From the human T2T-CHM13v2.0 reference genome, Homo sapiens: 64,000 bases of DNA. Each line of letters starts with the position of its first letter. Position 1 is the stretch's first letter. Below, one piece after another: positions 43,071 through 55,520 of this stretch. The position numbers were made by a program, and so were the translations under genes. Below the pieces are notes generated by a model. That model was not told the DNA's origin. It did not search any database and saw only the letters and a list, made by a program, of their open reading frames with translations. The DNA lies in the NCBI RefSeq assembly GCF_009914755.1, contig NC_060931.1. One strand, 5' to 3'.

Positions 43071-43974
43071 TACACATTTAAAACAAACCCTGCATATAAT
43101 AATACAAAAATTATAAATTAATGTAATATAAATATAAAAAATAATGTAAATATAATAAAATAAACTGTGTTTCTAATTTCCAAGTTGATCCATAAATCAA
43201 TATTCCTTTGCTTACTTCTGGATTTAGTTATGTGGCTGGTCAACACCAGATTGGTAAATCTTCAAAGTAGGTTATGCCAAGATTAATTATTTGTCACAAG
43301 TGATAAAAGCAGGCTAATTATAAAAGCTACTTAATTAAAATTAGACTTAGCATTTATGTATTTAACTGTTCAAATCTATTTGGGGCTTGTGTCTCCTGTG
43401 ATGAGATTCAAATGTAAGTTTCCTACATAGTCAATTTACTGATTAACCAATTAGAAGTTTTTAAAATCCATTATCTATAGCAAATAAGAGGGGTGATTGG
43501 AAATGCTAATTAATGTATGACTTATCTTAAGAAATAATTATTCTATATTTCAATGTATGTTTCTGGCAATATCATGAAGAACTTCTGAAGAGCAAGTCTA
43601 AAGTTACGCCACTTTTAAACAGTCTTGGGGCTGTGCCGTTGCCCAAGTTCTGTTGCATTGTCAGACAATAACAACTACGCTGTCTGAGAACATTTTGAAC
43701 TTGTTCATTTAACCTTTGGAGAGCTTTCTGTGCTGCAGACACCATTGATAGGGTTTTCTTTTGTAAGTCTCAGTTTAGTTAATCTTCAAACCACAAGGAA
43801 GGAGGAATTTTTAGTAATAATGCAATATAAATGGCATTACTTATGTTCTCTATTTCAATACGGTAGGAACTAGGCGTGGGTCAGGCCAGCCTCGTCCTTG
43901 GATCCCTCAAATATCTTGAACTGCTGCTCAAATGTGTTGGGTTTGGCACAACCTGCAAGACCCTGGGCCAGGCA

Positions 43975-44150
43975 CTGTTTCCTCTTTGATTTTTAAGCCC
44001 CTGTGTATTTCAAGGGAAACTTAATCCATATGTTTCTGATTCATTTACACTTAACTCATCAAAATGTTGTCTTGAAGGAGCTATTTGATATCCAACAAAT
44101 CTTTGGAGCCCTTTTCTCGAGGACTTTGAAAATCTTTATTTTGATCCCCA
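43975..44150. mobile_element. Probable MER121 ancient conserved repeat
   Basis: tttcaagggaaacttaatccatatgtttctgattcatttacacttaactcatcaaaatgttg matches my recollection of the MER121 core; not database-verified. Confidence 0.55.
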
Positions 44151-45042
44151 TAGAAAAGAAAAAGTTACTCTTTTAGTGTGTGTGAGCACATGTGTGTGTT
44201 TCAGTGAGCAAATTCAGTCACCCTAAGGCATGAGTTCAATCTAAAACTAACAAATAAGATGTCAGCCCAGATTTTTAACTTGCTCTAATGTCCTATGTAC
44301 TAATTAGAGCCTCGTGGGGGGAGGGGGTGGAGGATTCTCACTCTGATCTAAACTAGTCCCAAGCCCATGAAAATGTTCACCATCTGTTAGCAATATAGGA
44401 CCTAGATGTGGCTGACAGTCATTGCCCTGATTCTTTGGTTCCAATCCACACTGAACTATTTAGAATTATTTTGTTGTTACCATGTTTTTTTTAACCTCTG
44501 ACGTTTTGGGTTAAAATTTTATGCCCTAACCTTAGAGAAGAATGAAGATATATAACTGCCAGAGCCTGATAGTTGTCTTGCCAATATCCTGGGTTAAGAC
44601 TGCTTAACTAGCTTAATTTATACCCTTAGAATCGACCAGATTGTTGGTTTTAAATTCTCTTTCACTAAACTCTTTCACTGTTCATGGAAATGGTTCATTT
44701 TTCCTTTCTCCAAAAATATACAGTATGACAAGCTGAGATGGTATTTTCTGCCATTCAAATCAGTGAAAGGGAAGCTGATGTCAGAAAGGAGAAAGCACTT
44801 ATGTTACTATCTCCTAAGCGACAAGCACTTTATGTATTTATTCATTCACTATTCAACAAGATTTTATTAAGGACCCATTAAACCCCAGCGAGGTAGGCCC
44901 TGTGATAGGTGGGAATAGCGAGATGAGCTGGATGAAAGGCCTCAGCGTGCCCTGAGCCGGTGAAATGGATGGAGTTCCTGACAGCTATGGTGTGAGGGAA
45001 AAACTAGAGGGCGGTGCCCCCATGTAAGAAGAGCTAACAGTT

Positions 45043-45367
45043 GGCCGGGCGCAGTGGCTCAAGCCTGTAATCCCAGCACTTTGGGAGGCTGAGGCGGGCG
45101 GATCACGAGGTCAGGAGATGGAGACCACCCTGGCTAACACGGTGAAACCCCGTCTGTACTAAAAATACAAAAAAAAAAAAAAAAAAATTAGCTGGGAGTG
45201 GTGGCGGGCGCCTGTAGTCCCATCTCCTCGGGAGCCTGAGGCAGGAGAATGGCGTAACCTGGGAGGTGGAGCTTGCAGTGAGCCGAGATCGTGCCACTGC
45301 TCTCCAGCCCGGGCGACAGAGCAAGACTCCGTCTCAGAAAAAAAAAAAAAAAAAAAAAGAGAGAGAG
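45043..45367 (+). mobile_element. Young AluY-type element with expanded middle A tract and 16-bp TSD
   Basis: TSD agaagagctaacagtt at 45027-45042 and 45368-45383. Confidence 0.96.
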
Positions 45368-45383
45368 AGAAGAGCTAACAGTT

Positions 45384-45840
45384 ATTGAATAGGAGCTGTG
45401 GACTAAGTTACTGGATACTGTACTAAGTACTTTTATAAGTATCGTCTCATTGGATTCTTACAAACACTCTATTTTTCCAATTTTAAAGATTAGAAGGCTG
45501 GCAAAGCTACTCTGTGTGGACCGGCCGTGGCCATAAGAGCAGGGAACATGCGCTCTTAACCAGCACGATACACGGGACTGCCACCCTCGCATCACATATT
45601 GAGTTGACTGCATTAAGCCAGCCACTGTACTAGTTCACTTTTAGTTAGGATACTTATATTTTCTCATAATCCTCACAACCACCGATGAGTTGGGTATATT
45701 ACTTTCCAATTTTTAGATGAAGAAGCTAAGATTCAGAAGTTAAGAAACTTGCTCAAAGTCACATAGCTAGTGGGTGGCAGAGCCAAGATGGTAACCGTAG
45801 TCTGCCCTGCTATACATCTAGGCCTCTTTTCCCACTACAT
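45384..45840. mobile_element. MIR fragments
   Basis: ttttagatgaagaagctaagattcagaagttaagaaacttgctcaaagtcacatagctagt. Confidence 0.75.
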
Positions 45841-46602
45841 TATGCTGTCCTGTATCCTGTACACAAATCATCTTCAAATGTATTAATTTTACTCTCTAAA
45901 AACATGAATTCAACACAGAATGGGTTGGTAAACATACCTTCCCTTTTGCTAGCCTGTTTCACAATTCACAAAACAAAAGATGAGCTGTCGCAAACATTTT
46001 TATATTTTGTTTCCATTTAACTCATTTGCCAAGACCTCCAAGTGGACTCTCACAGCGCTTTTAAAGAGGCATATTTTCTGTGACTCTTAGTCATCTGTCT
46101 GGTGTCCCTGGTCACCCATGTTTGGATTGGGAGGTGTCTTTTTCAGTTCATTTCATTTTGCATTCCTGTCACCTGAACACAGAACTTGCCAGAGTCCCTT
46201 GAAAAAAGTCCCAAGAGTCAGTCGCAAGACCTCATGGTGGTTATTAAATAGCACAGGCAGAATTCTGCCTTTTCAGCATGGGGTGTATAAAGGGAAGTCT
46301 GTAGAGAGAAAATGGTAAGCCTAGATACCTGAGCAAGGGTGATGACAGGCTCTGCAGAGGAGCCAAACATTTCATCCCATCCAATCTTAAGTAATACTGG
46401 GGCGCTTTGACATATTCCTGGCACAGCTTAGGGAGCCTTTCCCCCACCTTGACATGCTTATGTGCAAATAAATTCAAGCACTGCCCAAGGATAATAATTA
46501 CAGAGAGTTTTGTGCAATAAGGAAAATTGCCTGTAAATATCTGACAGCTGATTTAGGCTCCATTTGAAGTGGTATGAAAACCAACATGTTCCATGAACTT
46601 AC

Positions 46603-46619
46603 CCTTGCGTCAGAATCTC
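46603..46619 (-). other. Candidate 17-nt micro-exon
   Basis: cttttactccag|GAGATTCTGACGCAAGG|gtaagt; both splice sites near consensus. Confidence 0.35.
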
Positions 46620-47604
46620 CTGGAGTAAAAGCTATTCCCAAGTTAGAAGCAAGGCACTATTGGAAGCTCTGTTAACCACTTCAGGGCCCTGTGATGAACA
46701 AAAGAGTGAGCTGGATGCATGGCTTCTGGTGCCTGCCACCGGTGCACCCCGTTAAGACTGTTCTATTGTTTTCCCTTTTACTCTGGGCCATGCACAGAGT
46801 CAGTAATAAAATGGAGCATTCTCAGTAAAACACGTCCTACTTCAGGGATGAGCCAAGTGCAGGCTTTCCCTTACTTCTACTGGCCTTGTAGCTCAGGTCT
46901 AGGAGCAACAAGAAACCTGCTTTACATAGCAATAATTAGCAAGAATTGCTGCCACATCTTCACTTTCTTGTCTCATTTGAGTCTTGGATATGAAACCCTT
47001 CCGGGAAAAGTTTCAGAAGATGAGAGGAAATTGCTCCTCTTCTTGCCGCATCCCGCTCCCCAGCCTCTTGCTGACACTCATCCTTCCCTCTTCACTTTGT
47101 GTCTTTATGAAAGACCTTGTTTCTCCATGCAGCCTAACCCTCCTTTCCTGCGCTGGGCATTCTCAAGCTTCAAACTTCTTGGGACTTTGCTCAAACCCTT
47201 TGTTCCTCACCTCCTTTCATTGAGAAGCAACAAAAGTCATTTATCTCAACTTTTCCCTCCCCTGGCTACTCTTACTCTTGCCCTTTCTTTCAGTCATGAT
47301 TCTTGAAATGGTCAGGACATAGCTGCTTTTTCTGCGCCTTCTTCCCCCAGCACTCTCTACCCAGTGGAATCTGCATTGCCCAAGTCACACTGAAGCTCCC
47401 TCCTCCTGAATCCAAAGGAAGGCTTTCCTGTCTCACCTTGCTGGAAGTCCTCACAGCCCCTTCTCCTTCCCACCATTCCCTGTGAGGAGGGTCTGACTCT
47501 GACTTCTGTACTCCTGCTCTCCTAGTGTTCCTCTCACTGTCTAGCCACTCCTTTCTGGTCCGTTCTATGGATCTGAATTCCCCCACAAAGGGTGTTCAAT
47601 CATC

Positions 47605-47835
47605 CACAAACTTCAGAATCACCTGAGTGCTTGTGAAATGTGCAGCTTCCCGCTCACTCCTCAGACTCGATAGATTTGGGGCTAAGCATTATATATACAG
47701 TCAGATGTATATTTGGAAAGAATAAATACTCCTACACAATTTTGGAGGTTTGCCCAGGAACTTGCTTTTTTAAACAAGCACTCCAGTTGATTGTGGTGCT
47801 GGTGACCTGAGGGCCACACTTCGACAAACTCTGCC
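47605..47835. mobile_element. MER5-like hAT-Charlie DNA transposon remnant
   Basis: tcagaatcacctgagtgcttg...tttaaacaagcactccagttgatt...ccacacttcgacaaactctg. Confidence 0.65.
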
Positions 47836-47964
47836 TGAAAACGAATACTCCTCAGGCTTCATCTGTAGCCCTCAGTGCTCCTAAGGGAACCCCCTTTATG
47901 CCCACCGTGACTTCAACTCCCACCTACCCACTGCTGTCTCCCCAGACTTTTTTTCTAACTCAGC

Positions 47965-48180
47965 TCCCTCCCTCTTTCTCTCTCTCTGTGTTTCCTTGTC
48001 TCTGTATATTTCTTTCTCTTTCCCTCTCATTGTTTCTCTCTCTGCTTCTTTCTCTTCTCTCTCTGTTGCTCTCTCTCTCTTTTTCTCTCTCTCTCCTCCC
48101 TTCTCCCTCTCTTTCTGTCTCTCTGTATGTTTCTGTATCTCTCTCTCCTCCATCCTCCCTTCCTTCTCTCTCTCTCTGGG
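47965..48180 (+). repeat. (TC)n low-complexity tract
   Basis: Direct reading. Confidence 0.92.
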
Positions 48181-49710
48181 TTTATAGTTGCAACTTCCTG
48201 CATGATATCTCTAAATGGATGTTACACAAGATACTGCAGCTTAACAACTCAAACTGATCTCATTGCCTCTCAAGCCAAACAACCAAAATAAGTGTAATAA
48301 AAACACATACACATATGCAAACAAAAACCCAGCTCTGTTGCTCTTGTTACTCCTAACTCTTAATGATGCCTTGGCAGTCACTCAATGATCATCACCCTAT
48401 GACCTTATGACCCAAGCCTGGAGTCTGTCATTCTCACAGCCAATCATCTCAAGACCTCTTGATTCTATTTCTGTAACAACTCTTAAATCAGCCTCCTTTG
48501 CTGCTCATTAATGCCTCATTATGACACAGTGCATGTTCACAGTGATCTCTCAATTACTCTCCATGTCTTTGTTCTCACCCCTCAATCTATCCAAGTGGGT
48601 CATTCTGAAGCGAGCCAATGATTGAAAGCCCTTAAGAAGGGCATTTAAATCTATAGAAGAGTCCAGAAAGGGCTGGTTAGACAGTGAGGGGAACTCCGCG
48701 AGAGCAGGAGTGCAGAAGTCACAGAATCAGACCCTCCTCACAGGGAGTGGTGGGAAGGAGGGGGGACCGCGAGTATGTTCAGCAAAGCAAAACAGGAAAG
48801 CCTTTCTTTGGATTCAGCAGAGGGGAGCTTCAGGGTGACTTAGGCAATTCCCCTGGATAGAGAGGGCTGGAGAAGGGCGCACAGAAAAAGCATCTATGTC
48901 CCGACCATTTTTTGTCTCACCCCTTGTTATCAAAGTGGCCTTTCTAGGTGGAAATCTGTTCACATCACACCCTTGCAAAAAGAGAGGCTCCTGCAGGCTG
49001 ATGTCAGAAGCCTCCTTCGGCTTCCAGGGCCCTTAAGGTACAGCCCTTCCTCCAGCCCCACAGTGCACTCCGAACTGTCTGGCTGAAGCTCCCTAGAGCT
49101 TCCTCACATGCTTCTCTGCTTCCTCACATGTCATTCCCTTAAACTGAAATGGTGTTTTGTACAATTTTTATCCAGGCTTTCTCTTCTTACCCAATGATAA
49201 TAATGATAATAATAGGTAGCATTTAATGAATGCTTACTGGATGCAAATCATTATGTGACACACATCTTATTTAACCTTCATAATTGTTGAGTTTAATATT
49301 ATTGTTCTGAATTTACTGAAAGAAAACAGCACAAAAAAGTTAACTAACATGGCTGAGATCAGACAGATAGTAAATGATGGAGCCCTTATTCAAGTTCCAG
49401 TGGATGAACTCTAGAACCCATCCACTTAACCTTGACATTAGATCAGTGACTGCTTCCTCTAGGGAGCTATTCCCTATTGTCTTTCCCACCCCAGCCTAGT
49501 CCTGCCTTTCTCTGTTCCCAAGACACCCTTCCCTAGGCTCTGCCATTGTACTTATCTCACTCTGCTTGACAAATCCACTCTCCTTCAACCAGGCTCTGAT
49601 TTCCTTGGGAGCAGGGAGTATGTCATTGACTTTGATATCTCCAGAACCTAGCACAGCTTATGGAACGTGACAGAGGCTTGATTAAATGCCTATGATTGAA
49701 CAATTAAGAT
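48180..49710 (+). mobile_element. L2 fragments interrupted by the right arm of inverted repeat 3 and a MIR (~49200-49440)
   Basis: atctctaaatggatg, aaatctgttcacatcac, ccttgggagcagggag...ctagcacag. Confidence 0.6.
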
Positions 49711-50554
49711 GAAGTGAGAAAGAGAGAGAGAACATTGAGAGAAACTCTATGTAGTATTCATCTTTATACTCATAGTATTTCCCACAATGCCATGTACAAT
49801 GTAGCCACTAAAAGAAAAGATATGTTGAAGTGAATTGAAATGTAGGTAAGTCTCACAAATCCTTGAAATGAGATGAGGCTGATAATTTGATTAGGAATCA
49901 ATGAGTCAAACAGCCAGATCTTTTTTAAGGAGAGAAAGAAAAGAGAAAGAGGAAGAACAAAGAGAAAGAGAGAGTAAGGGAAAGAGAAAGAGAGAGGAAG
50001 GGAAAGAGATCTTTGAGCGGCTCTATGCTTTATTTATCTTTGTACCCTAACAGTATTTCCCACAACACTGTATTCAATATCTCCTCAAACTACAGGAATA
50101 ACTATTTGAAAACATTATACTTGCCTTAAAACATGCACTATATTAACTGTACACAAATATCTTCTTTAGTGAAAATCCATTCACTCATTGGAACATGACT
50201 GCCTTTTTCAAATAGCATATTTACTTAGAACCACTGACTTAATAGATGTGTGAGTCTAGTCTTAAAGTTCTAAACAGATAGACATCCTTGTTCTCTTCTA
50301 CAAAAAGTGTCGTGCCCTTTATGCTGAAGCCCTACTCTTTCATTATTTTTTCCTAATTACATCTCCCTTTTCTGAACAACTCTTCCATTAATTAATTAAA
50401 ACAATGATTCATTGCCTCATCAAATATATACTGAGTGCCCCCTTTGTGTTCAGGCATTAGGAGCATGTTGTTGAGCAAACTAGGCATGATCTCTGTCCTC
50501 AATAAGTTCACCATCCTATGATCTACTAGGGGTAGACCAAAAATTAAACATTTA

Positions 50555-50815
<261 letters not shown>

Positions 50816-51189
50816 CTAAATATATATCATTTAAAAGCAAAAAAGTTTGTGATGGAGACGTCAGAGTTGATACCTAAACTTATTATCTGTGCCTTTCAGC
50901 TGCAGTCATAAGAGAGTGTTGCCTTAAATTATTATTTAAAATGTTTTATGTGCACCTGTTTTTCTCAACCAGATTGCACACATCTTTAGGACAGACTGAA
51001 GCTGTGGTTTCCCTGTAGCTGATGGGGTGACTACATTATTAAGAAGACTCTGATGGAAGTGGCCCATTCAGTTGTTTCTGGAAAACAGGTAAATTTGGCC
51101 AGTGGAAATCAAGGCTAAAGACAGTCTGTGCTGAGAAAATAATGTAAGCAAAGACATAGAGACAAATATTTCCAAGTATGTTTTGAGAA

Positions 51190-51605
51190 TGTGGCAAAGA
51201 CAATGTTACACATTTGCCAAACTGTTTCATTTTCCTCCTAAGCTCATAGCTGGGCTTTATTCCCCAGCCCACGTTACCACTAAATGGGGCAATGTGAGCA
51301 AATTTTAGTCAATGAAGTACAGGCAAAAGTGATATAAAACACTTCCAAGCCTCATCTAGGACATTCCACATACGGGCTTCCCTCATCATTTTCCTGACAG
51401 GTGCAAAGGATCCTATGGAGACTCCTAGGTGCCCCTGGGATCATGGAACCATGAAGAGGAAGCCCCTTTGTTGGCCATATGGGAGATCACTCTTGGGATA
51501 CACAACTGGGTTGTGACATGAGCAAAGACCGAACCTGTTATTGAGCTAAGCATTGCGATATGAAGTTGTTGATTTATCACAGCAATTAGTCTACCCTGAC
51601 TACCT
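51190..51605 (+). mobile_element. MaLR LTR (MLT1I/J-like)
   Basis: ggcaaaagtgatataaaacacttccaagcct...cacagcaattagtctaccctgact. Confidence 0.65.
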
Positions 51606-52164
51606 TCAGGAGCCGAGGCCACTGTGAGTACCTATTCTTTGATGGAGAATCTATAGGAAAAGCAGACAGATTTCATTTATTTAACTGTTTTAACATTATC
51701 AGCTGCCCTGCCAAGAGGCTGATAAACTCATTTTAACATACACTCATGTTAAGGTAGCTGCAAAAAATCTGAAGGTCAGAAATATGTTATCCACAATGAC
51801 AACTAGGAGCTAGCTGAGTGTCTGTTACATAGTTGGCCATCAGTAAGTATCCCTTGAGGAAACTAGTGTGGGAGATCAACTCAGCAAAGGTTCAGACGGA
51901 AGTAATGAGGTCAGTGTTCCGAGGATGGAAACTCAGGTGCCAGTCCGAGTTAATCAAACCATCATGCATAATCACAGAGTTAGCAGCAAAGGCCACCGAG
52001 CAGCAGGGCCAGGGTGGACCCTGGCAGCTGGACCATGCATCTCTCACCAAATTCAGTCTTTGGCCAAAGCCCACACAATTCAGGTCCCCATACTCTAAAT
52101 TTGTTCAAAGGAATATAACGTTAAGTTTACACAAGTCTCTTTATACATGAATTTAATCATGAGC

Positions 52165-52595
52165 TATGGCAGGATAGGCTTGGACAGGTAGTAATTGGGT
52201 TCATCTCTGTGGCACAAAACTTGATGACAGTGATTTGACCACATAGATGCTGTTCTCGCAAAACAAGCCATCTGGAGGTCAGCGTTCCAGGACTGGAGCA
52301 GCAGCCTTATGATGTCACCAGGAACCCCCCCCCCCACCGCCCCAGCTCCCTCTGTCATCCTGCCCCCTTGTCCTTGGCACATGGTTTTCATCCGCATTCT
52401 GCTGGCCCACTTTTGCATGATAATTGCTTCATACCCATCTCCATATCAGTGCTGAAAATGAGACAAAACAAGGAATAGGTGACTTTTTTCAAGAAAGCAA
52501 TAGCTTTCCCAGGACCCCATCAGATATTAGCTTATGTCTGTTTAGCCAAATCTGTGTGAGATGGACACCCTTGCCTCACTGGACTTTAGGAAGTG
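52165..52595 (-). mobile_element. MaLR LTR (MLT1J/K-like)
   Basis: ggagcagcagccttatgatgtcacc; gcttatgtctgtttagccaaatctgtg. Confidence 0.55.
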
Positions 52596-52599
52596 ATTC

Positions 52600-53094
<495 letters not shown>

Positions 53095-53852
53095 GGGAAG
53101 TGATATTTTATTTGGGCATATTTACTATCCAAATAAAGTTGAATTTCTGTTACTAAAAATCAAGACATCGACAGATATTTAGTAGACAACTAAGATAATC
53201 TATGAGACCCAAGAATTCACTCATTCATTAAGTGTGGGGATATAATGGGATGCTAGTACAGGCATGACCTTGTCTTCAAGGGGTTTACAGCTACTGGGGG
53301 AAAACTAAGCACATTAGTTAATACAGAATAATAGACTGAAGTAACTGTCCCAGAGAAAGAATATGGCCCTATGTACATAATAAGCAGCCTCCTTCAGTGT
53401 GGAGTGTTAAGACACATCTCCATGGAGGAACAAATGAGTTGAAGTCTAAAAAGTTAGTAAAGTTTCACATATGACAAAGTGTGTGGGGGTGTATGTATAT
53501 GTATGTGGAAAGAACTTTCCAGAAAAAGAAAGACGGGTATGTGAAAAAGAATCTTATATGGAAGAGACAGAATGGCAAATCTAAGAAACTGGAAATATAT
53601 ATATATATTTATACTTATATATAATATAATAAGTAAATATTTATATGTAATATATGTGTATATTCTTATACGTATATAGCTACAGATGAAATAAAGAATA
53701 GACAACAGTAGTATAGGATGGGGGCATTTCAAGGCCTTATAAGAAAAACTATCTAAGGATTTGACACAGGAAGTTGGGAACACCATATTTGCCTTGAGAA
53801 AAGATCACTCTGCTGTGGTATAAAGGGTCAATGGGAGGCACAATAAAGAGAT

Positions 53853-54215
53853 TGCTATAGACTGAGTCTCTGTGTCCTCCCCAAATTCATGGTTGAAACC
53901 TAATGCCCAATGCGATGGGATTTGCAGGTGGGGTTTTGGGAGGTTATTAGGCCAAGATAGTGGAACCATCATGGAAGGTATTAATTCCCTTACAAAAGAG
54001 GCCCCAGAGAGCTCCTCACCATTTCCATGATGTAAGGGCTCGGCCAGAAGACAGCCCTCTATGAACCAAGAGAGGGGCCCTCACCAGCCACTGAATCTGC
54101 TGTGTCTTTGTCTTGGACTTTCCAGCCTCCAGAACTGTGAGAAATAAATTTCTGTTGTTTATAAGCCGACCAGTCTATTGTGCTTTGTTAGAGCAGGCCT
54201 GGATGGACCAAGGCA
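53853..54215 (+). mobile_element. MaLR solo LTR (MSTD-like) with 5-bp TSD, inserted in L2
   Basis: TG...CA termini; TSD gagat at 53848-53852 and 54216-54220. Confidence 0.9.
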
Positions 54216-54379
54216 GAGATGTCTTGATAATGATACTGGAGGTCCAGGTGAGAGGCAGTGGTGGCTTGGACTGGGGTGCTAGCTGGGATCATAAAGATAA
54301 ATTAGATAGAACTTTTTAAGATATCTGAAGCCAAAAAGAATGAAACTTGTTGATAAATTGCAAAATAAAAAACTTTTTA

Positions 54380-54990
54380 AAAACACTAATCAATATCATA
54401 CAAGATACTGAACTCATGAAACAAGAATGGGATTTATTTTTTAAAAGAAAGAAAAGAAGATTCAGAAAACAAAAAACAGCTCTTGGAACTTAAACATGTG
54501 ATGGTAGACATTAAAAAATACCCAAAGGAAGTATACAATATAAAATTGAGAAACTCTTTGAGAAATTAGAACAAAAGATAGAAATTAGAAGATTTTTAAA
54601 AAGAAAAATATCCAAATCTGTATTATCTCAATAAAAAGAATTTCAAAAAGAAAGAATATAGAAAAAAGAAAGAAGAAAATCATTAAAAAATACTATAAGA
54701 AAAATGGCTAGAAACCAAACATGCATCTGTAAATTTGAAGAACCAGAAAGTGTCCAGCAAAAGAAAACAGAGCCACACTAAGACCTGGGAAAGTTTAAAA
54801 CACCAGGGACTACAAGAAGATTGTAAAGATTCTAGAAATGGGGAAAGGGTGGCAGGGCAGAAGGAAGAAGAATAGGAAACACAGATCACACGCAAATGAT
54901 CGGGGATCGAGATGATGCTAGCCTTGCACGCAGTCTCAGTGGAAGCTGGAAAGCATTGAGTCCATGCCTTATAAATGCTGAATAAATGGG
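54380..54990 (+). mobile_element. Old L1 ORF1 remnant
   Basis: aaaaaacagctcttggaacttaaa; ggaagctggaaagcattgag. Confidence 0.6.
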
Positions 54991-55139
54991 TGGTGCTTTG
55001 TAGCACAACTTGACATTTTAAACTAGACACAAAAATGAATTGCTTGGAGAAATTTTCTTTATGTTAAGTAAATTGAAACAATTATCTTGGAATTTATAGT
55101 GAATCATATTGAAGAATTATATTAAATGTATCAAAATTA

Positions 55140-55520
55140 GGAGCATAGATGCCACAGATGTCCTTAGCAAGAGCTGTCTCACCAGTATTGGGGCTAACGC
55201 CAGATTAGGGTGAGTTAAGGAGTGTGTGGGAGGTGACAAAGTGTAGCCCACAATTTCAGCCAAGGGAGAATTCATTAATTAAGTCATTAGTATGAGAAAC
55301 TTCTGAGCATGTTTAATACCAATGGAAATAATCCAGTTGAGAAGGGCAGTGGGATGAACAGGACAGAGCAGACGTTATTGATAGTATCTAAGCAGAGAGT
55401 AAATGACCTTAGATAAAACAAGACATGCTCTCATCTGCCATAACAGGAAGGACAAAATGGAGGCTGGAGAAGACCTTGGCAGGCTTTAGTTTGGGAACAT
55501 GTTGAAGGAGTTCTATCAGA
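55140..55520 (-). mobile_element. L2 fragment
   Basis: tccttagcaagagctg...gggtgagttaaggagtg. Confidence 0.5.

Larger units (their letters stand above)
47306..48910. repeat. Inverted repeat 3: arms 47306-47603 and 48618-48910
   Basis: About 78-80% reverse-complement identity over ~295 bp by eye (e.g. tccctgtgaggagggtctga / tcagaccctcctcacaggga). Confidence 0.93.

Noticed and set aside
46719-47306. 195-aa plus-strand ORF
   Set aside because: Pyrimidine-rich composition, no recognisable domain and no supporting gene structure.
49720-50080. Two similar ~75-bp blocks (tagtatttcccacaa / cagtatttcccacaa)
   Set aside because: They resemble L2 3' ends; independent insertions cannot be told from a duplication by eye.
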